Virus record (IMG/VR): IMGVR_UViG_3300031867_000006
Coordinates: 1-64,000 of that record
DNA length: 64,000 nt
Source: a virus
Taxonomy: Duplodnaviria > Caudoviricetes
Reading direction: 5' to 3' (one strand)
Part shown: in pieces, positions 48,262 to 59,829 of the stretch
How positions within the stretch are numbered: the first letter of the stretch is position 1
How the letters are laid out: the number at the start of each line of letters is the position of its first letter
Notes under the pieces: model-generated
Database searches by the model: none
The model's input: the letters and a program-made list of their open reading frames with translations, nothing else
What the model was told of the DNA's origin: nothing
Position numbers and translations under genes: made by a program

Positions 48262-51200
48262 CTATTCTGCAGCTATAGCTTTCATAGCATTAACCACACT
48301 AGCGAGAGACTGATCATTTAATTGATCTGTATATTTATCATATGTAGAAGTACCCTTTCCGGTAATCTGACGTTTAGTAGATTGTCCAGATTGAGCATTT
48401 GCAACGTCTTCTGCTGTAATCTCCACGTTAAGCTTCTTGTTAAGGATCTTAACGATAGTATTAAGCTTATCAGTATTATCTGCTATGGTCATCAGGAAGT
48501 TTATGATCTGTGTAAGATCTATATCGCTACCTTTGCCATATCTAGGTTTATCTGTACCCTTAGGATCTTCATAATAGAGTGAAGACTCTTTACTGCTAGC
48601 TGTCTTCTTTGCAGGAATATAATTAAGGGTTTGTCCACCTCTACCATATTTATATGAATCTTGTAACTGACCATACTTAGACAGAGGTTTAATACCATTA
48701 TCTCCCTTGCCAAACGGGCTAGTAAGAGGTTCGCTATTACGTCTCCAGATTGTTGTATAGCTAGGATGGCTAGAACCAGATACTCCAGGTGTTCTAAGAG
48801 CATTGGTAGAACCACCATTCCAAACCATATGTCTTCCGCCTTCATTATGAGAGAAGATTTCGGCATGACCATTTCTAGAGATAATATCACCCTTCTGGAG
48901 TCCTTCCCATCCGGGCCATCCCATCTTAGTAAATCCCTTAAGAGAAATTCCTGAGCCACTGGTCCAAGCACCTGAAGCGGGAGGCCAAATACCTGTTTCC
49001 ATAGCACCGGCCGCCATTGCTGCTGCACTTGTAAGACCAGTACAGTCATTTCTATACTTAAGTTTCTCACCATTGATAGTGATGGTTGACATCATGGGTG
49101 CTTGATAAGTAGGATTATTAGCAGCGATAGCTTTCTTAACTGTCTCGATAGTGCTAATCCAACTAGACATATCTCCACTTGCAGCTCCGCCACTTTGATA
49201 AGGTGATCCAGCATCTCCACCGCTATCACCAGTAGTGGTTGTTGTAGTGCTAGATGATGAAGACATTAATCCCATAGCCTTACCAATTTTAGACTCACTC
49301 ATAGTCTTAGTCAATGCATTGGTAAAAGCTGATAAAGGATCATCTGGCTGCTGTGTTGTCGTATCTATAGATGCTGCAGCTCCATTAACAACACCAGTAT
49401 CAGCACCGGTTGAAGCTGCAGAACCAGCATCTCCTGCAGGTGCATTTGCACTACCATAGCATACAGCCTTAGTAATTGTAGTATTACCCCATTCAGGATG
49501 ACAACTAGCCGTACCAGGATTAGCATGCATAGAAGCAGCAGCACCACCTTTTGATGAGCTATACCAAGTACGTTTATCTACAACGAATTCTACAATGCAT
49601 TTACCATCCAGATGGCCCCAAGTGTTGCAACCTTTGTCTGTAGGATTCTTAATATCTGCAATTATACATTTAAGAACCTTACCGTTTGCTTTATAGAAGT
49701 CTACCGCATCACCAACCTGACCGAATGTTGTGGTACATGCTATTGTATATCTACCATCAATGATACCAAATCCTTCAGAGTTAAAGTTCTGACCCTTAGC
49801 AGCTCTAAGCTTGTACTGTGCTGAAGATGGCGATGTTATGCATTGCCAGCCCATATAGCTATGCACGCCACCTAAACCTGCAGGAATATTGATAGTGGTA
49901 GGACCAGTGCCATACTTACCAATTCCATATATAGGTATAATTCCAGAACCTCTACCATAAGCAGATACACCAAGCGATGTCTTATTAAGTAGTGATCTAG
50001 TATCATATAATTGGTTATCATAAGGACTCTCGGGATCTTGTACAATAGATTTATTCCCAACAGTACCTGTTACAGTTACATAGTGTGGTGATTTACCAAA
50101 TGGTGTAGATGAGGATGTTCCTCTACCATCTGAACCCATGAGTACGGTTGGCATACCGCTGTTAATATTTTTCTCAAGAGTATTCCTATTATAGCTTATT
50201 TCTGAACCTAAACCATTCTTGCTAAAGTAATCTGTAAAGAATCCAGGTTTTGTACCACCATCAGTTTCTTTATATCCTCTAGATACAGCATAATTAGATG
50301 CAGCAACTATAGGATTCTTACCTCTACCAAATGATTCAAGAACATTGACTGCAGCTGCTGGACCACAAGCAGAGTCACCAATAGTCTGTCTAGATCTATC
50401 AGCTGAACTATTGTAAGGCAAATTAGCTATGGAAGAATCGATCTGTTTGGAGTATCCTCTACCATAAGTACCTGTACCAGTAACGAACTTCTTAGCGGCC
50501 TGCCATTTATCGTTCAGCCAATTGCCAGCACTTGTCTTAGCACTATCATAAGCTTTAGAAGCCTTATCAGCTTTATCTCCAACCCAATCACTAACACCAT
50601 CAGCAAGGTCTTTAGCACCATCTACAAAATCACCAATTTTGTCTTTAACGTCATCGATGAAATTAAGCATGGGTTCAATTATCATATTGAATATACCCTT
50701 GATAGAACCACCAATCTTGCTTAAGCCAAGACTCATACTCCATACACCCTTAATAGGATCTCCGTCAGTTAAGTCTGCTTTAACATCCCATATTGATTTG
50801 ATATCATTCATGGATTTAACGTTATCAGCAGCTTTATTAATAGATTCTTGAGCATTATTTACTGCATTTGCATTAGTTCTAGATTTATCCATAGCACTTG
50901 TGAAAGCACTACTAATCTTACCACCAATCCAATGTAAACCAGCTCCAGGAACCTGTGTAAGTTTATATATTGTAAATAATCCCTTGTTTAAACCTGCCAT
51001 TGGATCACCTTCGGTAGGCGTAAACTCGGCACTCCATAATCCCTTAATATCTCCAGCCGCAGCTTTCTCTTTCACTGCTGGTATATTACTACCAAGCGAT
51101 TCGAATCCAGCCTTTGCTTTAGATACTATAGATTTAACAGCATCTGATACTTTATGACCAGCCCAAGATATGGCAGCTATAGGTACGCTGTATATCTTAG

Positions 51201-54200
51201 TAAAATGGTATAATGCAGTATTGATTCCAGAAAGAGGATCATTCTCTCCAGCCTCATAATTAGATGTAAGTATTCCAATAGGATCGCCAGACATCATCTT
51301 ATCTTTTACATTACCTGCATTGGTAAGTAAACTATTAAATGAACCCTTAACCCCATCTACTACTTTGCCAGCAAATTTCTTAATCTCATTAGCTATACGC
51401 TTAACAAGCATTATAGGGAATGACATAATTCTAGCGCCAAATGCAGCTGTATGAGCCATACCAGAAAGAGGTCCTTCCGGAGCAGCATCAATCTTAAGGA
51501 AATCAGTAAGACTACTATTAGGATCTTTTATGAGGGCTTCACCCTTCTGTTCCTGCTCAGCAATATACTTGCCGTAATCAACTGCCTTATTAACAGCTTT
51601 CGTAACGCCTTCCTTCACTGCAGTTCCAGCGTTCTTAGCTAAATTAATAGCATTAGAGCCAAGCTCTTTAGCTTTGTCAACCGCAAAAGCACCAGCTTTC
51701 TTGATGTTGGAACCTAACGCCTTAGCGCCTGCTTTAATTGCTTTGCCAGCCTTCTTAACTCCAGATTTAATTGCTCCGCCAATTCTGCCAGTTACAGAAT
51801 GCTTTTTCTTAAGATACTCTTCCTTAGTATCTGTAGATCCAGTCTTCTCAAGATAAGCCTGATATTCAGCATCTGCTTCTTTTTGACGCTCTTCGAGATC
51901 ATCACCCATGAGCTTAAACAGATTAGAGCAAATCCACGGTACACCCGGGATCACTGCAGGAATAATCAAAAGGTTAGCTAATGCATTAACTAAACCACAG
52001 CCTAACTCTTCGAGCAAGTTAGTATCAGAAACACCAAGTATAGACTCAGCCTGATCACAACCTGTAACAAAGTCTGCTATAAGGAATGCTACAGTTACAA
52101 TAAGATTAAGCTTAGAAGCAGCATTTTTAAGCAAAGCCTCGCCAGCTTCTGCACTACCTCTACCAATTGCTTTTAAGAAAGTCTCAGAAACCTGTTTCTT
52201 TAACTTAGCAGCATATTTCATAGCGTTCTCGCCAACAGCTTTAGCAGCTTTTGCTAATCTATTCTGTACAATAGGACTATTAAAGAGATTGTCTAATCCC
52301 TTAACAAGAGCATCCTTCATTTTAGCAACTACAGATGCAACCTTATCAGATTTAGATAATCCACCACCAGCACCTTCCATCAATGCTCTAGTAGCATCAT
52401 CAGCACTATTAATGAATTCACCCTTCTTTACGAAGTCTCCAACGCTTTTCTTAACAGCATCTTTAGCACCTTTGATTCTATTAACAACAGTCGCTCCCTT
52501 GGAACCATTCTCAAAGAATGTTTCGCCAGCAGCTTTCCTTCCAATACCTTTACCGATATCACCAGCTGCTTCAAGAGGTGTTGTAATAGCTTTACCAATA
52601 ACACCACCGGCTTTACCAAGTACAGATTTAGACTTAAGAAGCTTACCACTAAATTTAGAAACTTGTGTTACGAGTGGACTTCCGCCAACTGCAGCAGCAT
52701 GAGCCATTCCATTTGCTGTAACTTTAGCATAGCTTGATCCCTTAAAGCTAGGGTCTTTAAATGCAAGATTTCCATCTTTATCAATATAACCTTCAGTACC
52801 ATCAACATTATAGATCTTACTATACTGACCATTGGCTATCTGTCCATATGTAAGCTGATTACCATTCTCGTCATACATTCCAGATAATGTATCAGCTCCA
52901 TATTTCTCAACAAGTTCTTGTAATCTATTAGTAGAATACTTATTCTTAAAACCTACATTGGTCTTATTACCAGTAACATTATCCATTACTGTTAAAGCAG
53001 CTCCAGCAGCACCGCCAGGTCCATTACTGGGACCACCATCTTTATCACCATCACCACTGCCAAAGATAGCATCATGAATAATATCTCCAAGAGACTTATC
53101 GCCAAATAATGCTTCTTTTATAGAAGAACCGATATTAACAAGAGCAGTGCCAATTGCTGGTATTGCAGTTCCTGTTATCCAAGGCACAACCTTTTCAGTA
53201 ATCCAGGGATGTAATACCTTTTCCCATATAGGTTTAATAAATCCATCATAGATCTTCTTAAGAATTCCAGACTTCCAAAGCAAGTAACCACCGAATAACA
53301 TAGCAAGCGGATTAAGCTTTGTGCCTTTACCTTCTTCATCCATATTATCAAACATGGAGTTGAATCTATCAGACATCTTCTGCTGAGCAGTATGCAACTT
53401 CTCTGCAGCCGCATCTTTAAGCTTCTTGGCTGTTACAATAGCTTTAGTCTTAGGATCAGTAGTATCAGGATCAATAGATCCATCATTACTTTTCTTAAAT
53501 ATCATAGCTTCGCCATCGGCATTAATAATAGGCATCTTTCCATCGCCTTTATCATCAAGATCTCCGCCTAATACAGAAGAACCACCACCGGCCGAACCAG
53601 CTTCTTCTTTCTGTCCAAACGGAAGCATATCTTTTAATGCTTTAGCTTTCTTAGCACCGCCAAGCAAGGACTTGCCGGCACCTAAGATACCTTTACCGAT
53701 AGCGCCAATACCTTTAGCAGCAGCACCTAAGAGGAATGTACCAATACCATTAGATTCAATTTCCTCAGTATCAGCATTCTGAGTTAATCCCGTTTTAAGA
53801 TTTTGTCTTTCCACAGGAGATATTTTATCAACTCCCTGAATAGAATCATATGTAGTCCATAATTTAGCTTTAACTATCTCTTTGCATTTAGCATTAAGAT
53901 CATTTAAGTTAAACATATTAAGGGTTAATAAATAAGCAAGCTCATCCTTATTTACAAGTTTACCTCTACCCTTTGCACTTCTTGCTGCAAAGTAATGACT
54001 AATATATTTATAATCAGAGAATATACTATAAATAGTCTTAATCTCCTTTTCAGTAAGTTCATTATGAATATAATTATGAGCATCGCTATCAAATCTCATT
54101 TTGAATTTAGCAAATTGATTAATCTCTGCTAAATTATCAGAAAGATTTGCTCTGGTTTCGCCATTTCTAATAGCTTTATTAATATCTCTCCCAAGCTTAC

Positions 54201-57200
54201 GCTCTCCATGAACAGCAGCAATAGCATTAGCTCCAAATCTAATAGCTGCAGTTCCTGCAGTTAGCGGGCTCATAGCTATTCTTCTAACATCGTCAATACC
54301 AGTACCAATTAAATTCCTAGCTTTACCAAGTTTACCTTTATATTTAAAATCGGCAGACACACCATGTATACCAATTTTTCCAGGTATATTAGTAATATCA
54401 TCAGTATGAAATCCAGTACTACGTGTCAAATGATCTTTAAATTCATCTGTAAGCTGTCTATCATCACTACCGAACCATTTATCAATTCGTTTCTGATAGA
54501 TAGCATCGTATTTCTCATTAACCTTCTCAAGAGATTCATCGAATTTGGCAGACATTTTATTTACAATATCTTGAAGCCCACCATCTTCTCCATCAGCAAT
54601 TTTAATACCCTTAGTAGCAATATCACTAACAAATCCTTTAATATCAGCTACATTCTCAGGAGTTTTTAATTGCATACTCTGATCAACTTGATTACCTGCT
54701 TCTCTATTAGTAATCTCAGTATTAAAGTTCTTTACAAGTTTAGATATGTCATATCTACTACCAAGATTAACCTTCAGACCCATATTCTTGAATGTATCTT
54801 CAAGTTCAGCTCTGGTTTCGGCTAACTCTCCTTCTGTAAGCTTTCCAGCTCTAGCTTTACGCTCTCTGATATCAACATAGCCTTTAAGTTTAGATTGAAG
54901 ACCGGTATCCCCTTCCATAAGACTTTCAAGTTCTTTTTCACTGATACCAGTTGAAGAACCAGAAGTTCTATATTTCTGAAGTACTGCAGGAATCTTATCT
55001 ATTTCACCAGCGTCTAAATGCTTTCTTATTTGCTTAAGAGCGGCTCCACTAAGTTTATTACCATTACCATCTCTATAGTTATTAAGAATTGAATCTATCT
55101 CTTTGCGTCGCCTATTAGATTCTCTTGTAAGACTAGCATTATTATCAGAAATGTCTTCAAGCTTCCTAACCATATCCTTGGCATCTTCTAATGATAGGTC
55201 TCCCTCTGCAGAACCGCCAATGTTAGCAAGCATTCTATCAAAGTCACTTACTTTATTACCACGCTTATTATTCATTTGCCATTCGATACGCTCAGCAGCA
55301 GTCATATAATCTGCTTCTCCACGTTCGATAGCTTTACCTCTAATACGATCACCTGCAACTCCAAAAAGCTTAAGTGGGCTAGTAGCAATATTAAATGCCT
55401 TCTTACCTAACCATAAACCAGCACGAGCCGGCGCAGTAGCAGCTTTAGTAACTCCGAGTATAGATCTAGATAAAGTACCAGCTAACCCTTCATCACTTTC
55501 AGCCCATTCAGTAATCTTTCTAGGTATAGAACCAAGCGCTTTAGGTAATGCATGTATAGCAGGTACTGTAAATTTGTTTAATGGAAGAATTATATTCTTC
55601 TCAATTGTATTCATCAGATCATCTTTAAATGATAAAGCTGATTTGGTTAATGGTTCAAAAGCATCTGATAAGAATCCAACCAGTCCACCTTCTCTAACAC
55701 CATTAACATCTATACCAAGGATCATGTCCTTGAACTCGTCGGTGGTAGTCATCATGCCTAAACCAGCACCGATAGCCATATTACCAACTAATCCGAAAGG
55801 ACCACCAAATACAAGTCCGGCAATTGCTCCGCCAGCAGCACCTTTAGCAGCCCCAGGAAGTAACTGCTTAAGAATATCTGTTTCTTTGCTAGATAACTTA
55901 AGAGATCCACCCTCACCAAAGTACTTCTGCATGAAAGTTTCATTATTCTTAAGTAATCCAATAGTACCACCAACAAGAAGTCCGCCTATAGGACCTAATG
56001 GTGTAAGCATACCAGGAATAATTCCAGCAAGACCATACTTAACCATATCCGGGAAGTACTTCTTGAATGTATCCTGAAGATCTTTAGATATAATTCCACC
56101 AGAACGCGACTTGCCATCTTCCCCAAGTTTACCAAACAGCTTATCCTTAAGGAACGTAGAATTCCTAATAATATTAACACCAGCGCCTAATGCAGCTCCA
56201 AATAAAGGACCACCAACAACCATTCCAAGAGCTCCACCAGTTGCACCACCAGCCAATGCTTCTGGAGCATACTGCTTAGCTTCTTTCAGGAAGTCTTTAA
56301 CTGTAACATCACCATTGGAAATATCAATACTTCCACCAGCATGTTTTGCTACAGATAATCCCATTCTCTTAGCCATTAATTCTTCTCGACCAAGATCCTG
56401 CTGTTTACCAACCAACCCCTTAGGATTATAAATATGAGTATAATCACCAAGCCCATAAGCTCCAGTCTTAGGTACAGTTCCTCTATAGTCTAATACGTTA
56501 GGTGAACCATCGCCATTTACACCGTAGAGTTGCTCTCCTTTGGAAAGCATAGTAATACCCTTAAATGGAGCTTTGAATGTACCTTTAGCATGTTGCTGTA
56601 CATTAACTCGTTCTATGCGAGTAATAAGCATATTCTTATGCTTATTTTCATCATATCCACCGCGAGAAGCAGCCATACGTAACTCATCGATCTTAGTATC
56701 TGAAACTCCAAGCTTACGGCATTCCTCCTCAAGCTCTTCAGGAGTCATAGCTAACATCTTACGATAATCTCTACTAGCATAAGCTTTATTAGGACTATAT
56801 AAAACACTTAATCTCTCATCACGCTTCTCTTTTGTAGCTAAAGCATCGTTCTTCTTAACCCAACCAAGTTCACCTGATTTTGTTAATCCTTGCTGCCAAC
56901 CCTTAGCAGTCATTCTTTCCATAGCCGCTCTATTATTGCTTCTGATAGTAGCAGCATTCATTGGCTCCTTAATATATTTATCATATACAGGACCATAGAC
57001 TTCTTTATTAGCATTGACAAACATCTTGCCAAGACCAATAAATTGATCTTTAAGAGATTCAGTAAATCTATCCTTGAAATCGTCACCTAAACCAAGCTTT
57101 TCTTTAAGAGGGTCAAAGATTGTATCTTTGAGATAATCGCCGGCTTTAGTAAACAGATCATTGGTTTTGCCAATAAGCATTTCCATAAAGCCGCTATACT

Positions 57201-59742
57201 TATTCTTATCGCCATCTTGGTCAGTGCCTTCAATTTCAGTTCTGTAGAATATTTCATATATATTTTTATCAGCAGCATAAATAAGATCTGTCATAGCAGT
57301 GGTCATACCACCAGCTACAGCAGCTGTAATAGAACCATATTTATTAAGAGCTCCAGATATCTTAGTAAAGATATTTTTCTCTTCCGGAGTTTCTAATTCA
57401 TTGGTTTCTTTCTCAGCCTTCTTAGCCTCACGTTCAATATCATCTCTTGTAATAAACTTACCACCGTAAAGCTTTTCGTTAAGAGCTTTGCTTAATGCAT
57501 TGCTATTAACTTTATTCTTCATATCACGGTTATAAGTATCTGTATTTACATCGATAAGAAGATCTGCTAAGTGCTGAAGTGCTTCTGTATCTTCATCACT
57601 AAATCTGGAGAAATCAACAGCCTTACCTTCGAGGATATTCTTTATAGCTTTACGTTTGATCTCTTCATCTTTATTCTGTCTATCAGCAACACTAGTCTGA
57701 GGTTTATTAGGATTAGTAAGACTAATATTCTTAAAGTCTACTTTAACAGCATTATCTGCAACTGTACCACCAGTACCAGCAACAACTCCGCCGTTAACTC
57801 TAGCCCAGATAAGTTCCTTATTAATATTCTGAAGATAATTAAATAAGGAATTGCCATACTCATCCTTAATCTGAAGTAATGGAGAAGAACCTTCCCATTT
57901 CTCAGATTTAGAATCGCCTATTTTAGTCCACTTTCCAGCAGCTCTATCAGATTTAGATGTAGATTCATCCTGGAAGATAGTTGTTATAGTATCCGTAACT
58001 CCAGAATTAATACTGTCTATAATCCTCTGCTCCTGAGCTTTTGAATCAAGAACCTGACGAGAATTCATAAGCTTAGAATAGTCAGTAACTACATTACCAC
58101 GTCTATCTCTACGCTTAGCAGAATTCTTATAGATATCAGCAATCTCTTTATAATGCCTATAGAATGCCGGATATTCAGCATAGCTAACATCATTCTTTGT
58201 AGGCGTTGCATTAGGATTAAATATACCATTGTTATTATAGAGATACATCTGGAACTCAAGCATAGCCTGATTGATCTCATCAATTTCAGCCTGAGACTGT
58301 GCTCCTGCCTTACGTATATTTAATCCAGTTGTCATGTTAGCTTTAACATCAGCTGTAGCAGACTGAATAGCATTATTCTTAATATCATCATATCTTCTTC
58401 TTATAGCTCTAGCATCAGTAAATTTACCAGAGTTATAATCAAAGATTCGTTCAGGATTACTACTTAATACAGACTCAATCCTTCTCAAATATGCGGGGAT
58501 AACTTCAATGATAGCTTTACGAGTAATACCATCAAATGGGATTGGTCCCTTCTCATATTTAGAAGTATCTATAGATCTACTTACATTGGTATTTATACCA
58601 AATATCTTGGCTACCATCTCAAGAGGACCGCCTTTGCCGATCTGATTTCCAAGTGAACCTATAGCAGTAGCAAATGCGTTAGATATCGTTCCATTAAGTT
58701 CTTTAGTGGCTTCTTTAAGTGTAGCAGGAATAGCTGCTTTAACCATGAAATCGGTAATGAATCTTAATGGCGATGTCATCATAGCCATAAGCATATTGGA
58801 ATCTCCGCCCATTCCAGGCATAAGTGATTCCATTTCTTTATTGATATTAGTCTTTATATTCTTAAAGTAATTATCAATGTCAGGCATACCAGAACTGGAG
58901 ATTTCACTCCATTTCATAATACCTCTAGATTTCTGGTTTTTCTGAGCAGATTGCTTTTCTTTCTCCGCAGCAGACGTATACTGCTGCTTCTGAAGTTCTA
59001 GCATTTCCTTAAGTATAGAGTTGCGTTCTGTATCTAATTTAATAGATTCAGTAAAGTAACTGCTCATATTCTTATCCATATTTCCCAAGCTTGTCGCTAA
59101 AAGATTATGGATTGTTCCCATGGTAGAATTTACTACGGAGATATCATTATGAATGCCTCCGATGAGACGTTCATTCTGATTGTAAATCATACCAACGGAA
59201 GTTCTCATATTCTTAATCTGAGCATCTGATGCAGTCATTACAGCATTAACTGTAGCACCAGCGACAGCCTTATTAGATCCTTCTATAGCACTTGCTATAA
59301 TCTTATCTCCGGCTGTGACCTCTGATTTAGAACCTTGAGTGGATGTATCTTTAGATTTGCCATTAATAATGTCTTCCCAGTTGTCATCAATCCCGAACTC
59401 AGAAAGATCATTCATATCGTCGGCATCAATTCCAAGGAATTTACCAGCTTCTGCTTCGCGCTCTTTATTATAGAATTTACCAGTCTTCAAATCCTGGATA
59501 GCATTCTTCAAGCCATAATCAGCAGCTTGATAAATCTTAGAGTTCTTTACATAACCAATTGATCTGGTTATTGTAGTCGTAGGATGTCTAACTGCTTTAT
59601 ATACATTGACAAACGCATCCTTATTAGACGCAGCAAAATCTATCATTTCAGGAGCATCTTGCTTTGCAGTATCTACTGCACTATAAGCAATGGATTTCAT
59701 TACATTTTTCATGTAGTTATTACGAAGCGCCACTAGGTTCAC
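48262..59742 (-). CDS. Tape measure / tail-associated lysin, 3826 aa, with C-terminal C39-like peptidase, a further putative cell-wall domain and an NlpC/P60-like amidase
   Basis: Long A/G/K-rich helical body with glycine-zipper segments; Q.D....TIGDSACGP...HYV...DP (C39-like); DCTGL...LQKGDII...GHAEI (NlpC/P60-like). Confidence 0.8.
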   Translation of the reverse strand: MNLVALRNNYMKNVMKSIAYSAVDTAKQDAPEMIDFAASNKDAFVNVYKAVRHPTTTITRSIGYVKNSKIYQAADYGLKNAIQDLKTGKFYNKEREAEAGKFLGIDADDMNDLSEFGIDDNWEDIINGKSKDTSTQGSKSEVTAGDKIIASAIEGSNKAVAGATVNAVMTASDAQIKNMRTSVGMIYNQNERLIGGIHNDISVVNSTMGTIHNLLATSLGNMDKNMSSYFTESIKLDTERNSILKEMLELQKQQYTSAAEKEKQSAQKNQKSRGIMKWSEISSSGMPDIDNYFKNIKTNINKEMESLMPGMGGDSNMLMAMMTSPLRFITDFMVKAAIPATLKEATKELNGTISNAFATAIGSLGNQIGKGGPLEMVAKIFGINTNVSRSIDTSKYEKGPIPFDGITRKAIIEVIPAYLRRIESVLSSNPERIFDYNSGKFTDARAIRRRYDDIKNNAIQSATADVKANMTTGLNIRKAGAQSQAEIDEINQAMLEFQMYLYNNNGIFNPNATPTKNDVSYAEYPAFYRHYKEIADIYKNSAKRRDRRGNVVTDYSKLMNSRQVLDSKAQEQRIIDSINSGVTDTITTIFQDESTSKSDRAAGKWTKIGDSKSEKWEGSSPLLQIKDEYGNSLFNYLQNINKELIWARVNGGVVAGTGGTVADNAVKVDFKNISLTNPNKPQTSVADRQNKDEEIKRKAIKNILEGKAVDFSRFSDEDTEALQHLADLLIDVNTDTYNRDMKNKVNSNALSKALNEKLYGGKFITRDDIEREAKKAEKETNELETPEEKNIFTKISGALNKYGSITAAVAGGMTTAMTDLIYAADKNIYEIFYRTEIEGTDQDGDKNKYSGFMEMLIGKTNDLFTKAGDYLKDTIFDPLKEKLGLGDDFKDRFTESLKDQFIGLGKMFVNANKEVYGPVYDKYIKEPMNAATIRSNNRAAMERMTAKGWQQGLTKSGELGWVKKNDALATKEKRDERLSVLYSPNKAYASRDYRKMLAMTPEELEEECRKLGVSDTKIDELRMAASRGGYDENKHKNMLITRIERVNVQQHAKGTFKAPFKGITMLSKGEQLYGVNGDGSPNVLDYRGTVPKTGAYGLGDYTHIYNPKGLVGKQQDLGREELMAKRMGLSVAKHAGGSIDISNGDVTVKDFLKEAKQYAPEALAGGATGGALGMVVGGPLFGAALGAGVNIIRNSTFLKDKLFGKLGEDGKSRSGGIISKDLQDTFKKYFPDMVKYGLAGIIPGMLTPLGPIGGLLVGGTIGLLKNNETFMQKYFGEGGSLKLSSKETDILKQLLPGAAKGAAGGAIAGLVFGGPFGLVGNMAIGAGLGMMTTTDEFKDMILGIDVNGVREGGLVGFLSDAFEPLTKSALSFKDDLMNTIEKNIILPLNKFTVPAIHALPKALGSIPRKITEWAESDEGLAGTLSRSILGVTKAATAPARAGLWLGKKAFNIATSPLKLFGVAGDRIRGKAIERGEADYMTAAERIEWQMNNKRGNKVSDFDRMLANIGGSAEGDLSLEDAKDMVRKLEDISDNNASLTRESNRRRKEIDSILNNYRDGNGNKLSGAALKQIRKHLDAGEIDKIPAVLQKYRTSGSSTGISEKELESLMEGDTGLQSKLKGYVDIRERKARAGKLTEGELAETRAELEDTFKNMGLKVNLGSRYDISKLVKNFNTEITNREAGNQVDQSMQLKTPENVADIKGFVSDIATKGIKIADGEDGGLQDIVNKMSAKFDESLEKVNEKYDAIYQKRIDKWFGSDDRQLTDEFKDHLTRSTGFHTDDITNIPGKIGIHGVSADFKYKGKLGKARNLIGTGIDDVRRIAMSPLTAGTAAIRFGANAIAAVHGERKLGRDINKAIRNGETRANLSDNLAEINQFAKFKMRFDSDAHNYIHNELTEKEIKTIYSIFSDYKYISHYFAARSAKGRGKLVNKDELAYLLTLNMFNLNDLNAKCKEIVKAKLWTTYDSIQGVDKISPVERQNLKTGLTQNADTEEIESNGIGTFLLGAAAKGIGAIGKGILGAGKSLLGGAKKAKALKDMLPFGQKEEAGSAGGGSSVLGGDLDDKGDGKMPIINADGEAMIFKKSNDGSIDPDTTDPKTKAIVTAKKLKDAAAEKLHTAQQKMSDRFNSMFDNMDEEGKGTKLNPLAMLFGGYLLWKSGILKKIYDGFIKPIWEKVLHPWITEKVVPWITGTAIPAIGTALVNIGSSIKEALFGDKSLGDIIHDAIFGSGDGDKDGGPSNGPGGAAGAALTVMDNVTGNKTNVGFKNKYSTNRLQELVEKYGADTLSGMYDENGNQLTYGQIANGQYSKIYNVDGTEGYIDKDGNLAFKDPSFKGSSYAKVTANGMAHAAAVGGSPLVTQVSKFSGKLLKSKSVLGKAGGVIGKAITTPLEAAGDIGKGIGRKAAGETFFENGSKGATVVNRIKGAKDAVKKSVGDFVKKGEFINSADDATRALMEGAGGGLSKSDKVASVVAKMKDALVKGLDNLFNSPIVQNRLAKAAKAVGENAMKYAAKLKKQVSETFLKAIGRGSAEAGEALLKNAASKLNLIVTVAFLIADFVTGCDQAESILGVSDTNLLEELGCGLVNALANLLIIPAVIPGVPWICSNLFKLMGDDLEERQKEADAEYQAYLEKTGSTDTKEEYLKKKHSVTGRIGGAIKSGVKKAGKAIKAGAKALGSNIKKAGAFAVDKAKELGSNAINLAKNAGTAVKEGVTKAVNKAVDYGKYIAEQEQKGEALIKDPNSSLTDFLKIDAAPEGPLSGMAHTAAFGARIMSFPIMLVKRIANEIKKFAGKVVDGVKGSFNSLLTNAGNVKDKMMSGDPIGILTSNYEAGENDPLSGINTALYHFTKIYSVPIAAISWAGHKVSDAVKSIVSKAKAGFESLGSNIPAVKEKAAAGDIKGLWSAEFTPTEGDPMAGLNKGLFTIYKLTQVPGAGLHWIGGKISSAFTSAMDKSRTNANAVNNAQESINKAADNVKSMNDIKSIWDVKADLTDGDPIKGVWSMSLGLSKIGGSIKGIFNMIIEPMLNFIDDVKDKIGDFVDGAKDLADGVSDWVGDKADKASKAYDSAKTSAGNWLNDKWQAAKKFVTGTGTYGRGYSKQIDSSIANLPYNSSADRSRQTIGDSACGPAAAVNVLESFGRGKNPIVAASNYAVSRGYKETDGGTKPGFFTDYFSKNGLGSEISYNRNTLEKNINSGMPTVLMGSDGRGTSSSTPFGKSPHYVTVTGTVGNKSIVQDPESPYDNQLYDTRSLLNKTSLGVSAYGRGSGIIPIYGIGKYGTGPTTINIPAGLGGVHSYMGWQCITSPSSAQYKLRAAKGQNFNSEGFGIIDGRYTIACTTTFGQVGDAVDFYKANGKVLKCIIADIKNPTDKGCNTWGHLDGKCIVEFVVDKRTWYSSSKGGAAASMHANPGTASCHPEWGNTTITKAVCYGSANAPAGDAGSAASTGADTGVVNGAAASIDTTTQQPDDPLSAFTNALTKTMSESKIGKAMGLMSSSSSTTTTTTGDSGGDAGSPYQSGGAASGDMSSWISTIETVKKAIAANNPTYQAPMMSTITINGEKLKYRNDCTGLTSAAAMAAGAMETGIWPPASGAWTSGSGISLKGFTKMGWPGWEGLQKGDIISRNGHAEIFSHNEGGRHMVWNGGSTNALRTPGVSGSSHPSYTTIWRRNSEPLTSPFGKGDNGIKPLSKYGQLQDSYKYGRGGQTLNYIPAKKTASSKESSLYYEDPKGTDKPRYGKGSDIDLTQIINFLMTIADNTDKLNTIVKILNKKLNVEITAEDVANAQSGQSTKRQITGKGTSTYDKYTDQLNDQSLASVVNAMKAIAAE

Positions 59743-59829
59743 CTCCCTTCATTTGGGTTATTTTAATTACAGTAATGTCAAATCTAACAAAAAATAACAG
59801 GCTATGGGTTAATTAAGCAAAAAAGAATC

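Noticed and set aside
48322-59562. Many short plus-strand and alternate-frame ORFs inside the tape measure and other long genes
   Set aside because: Antisense or shadow frames caused by codon bias; no RBS or recognisable motifs
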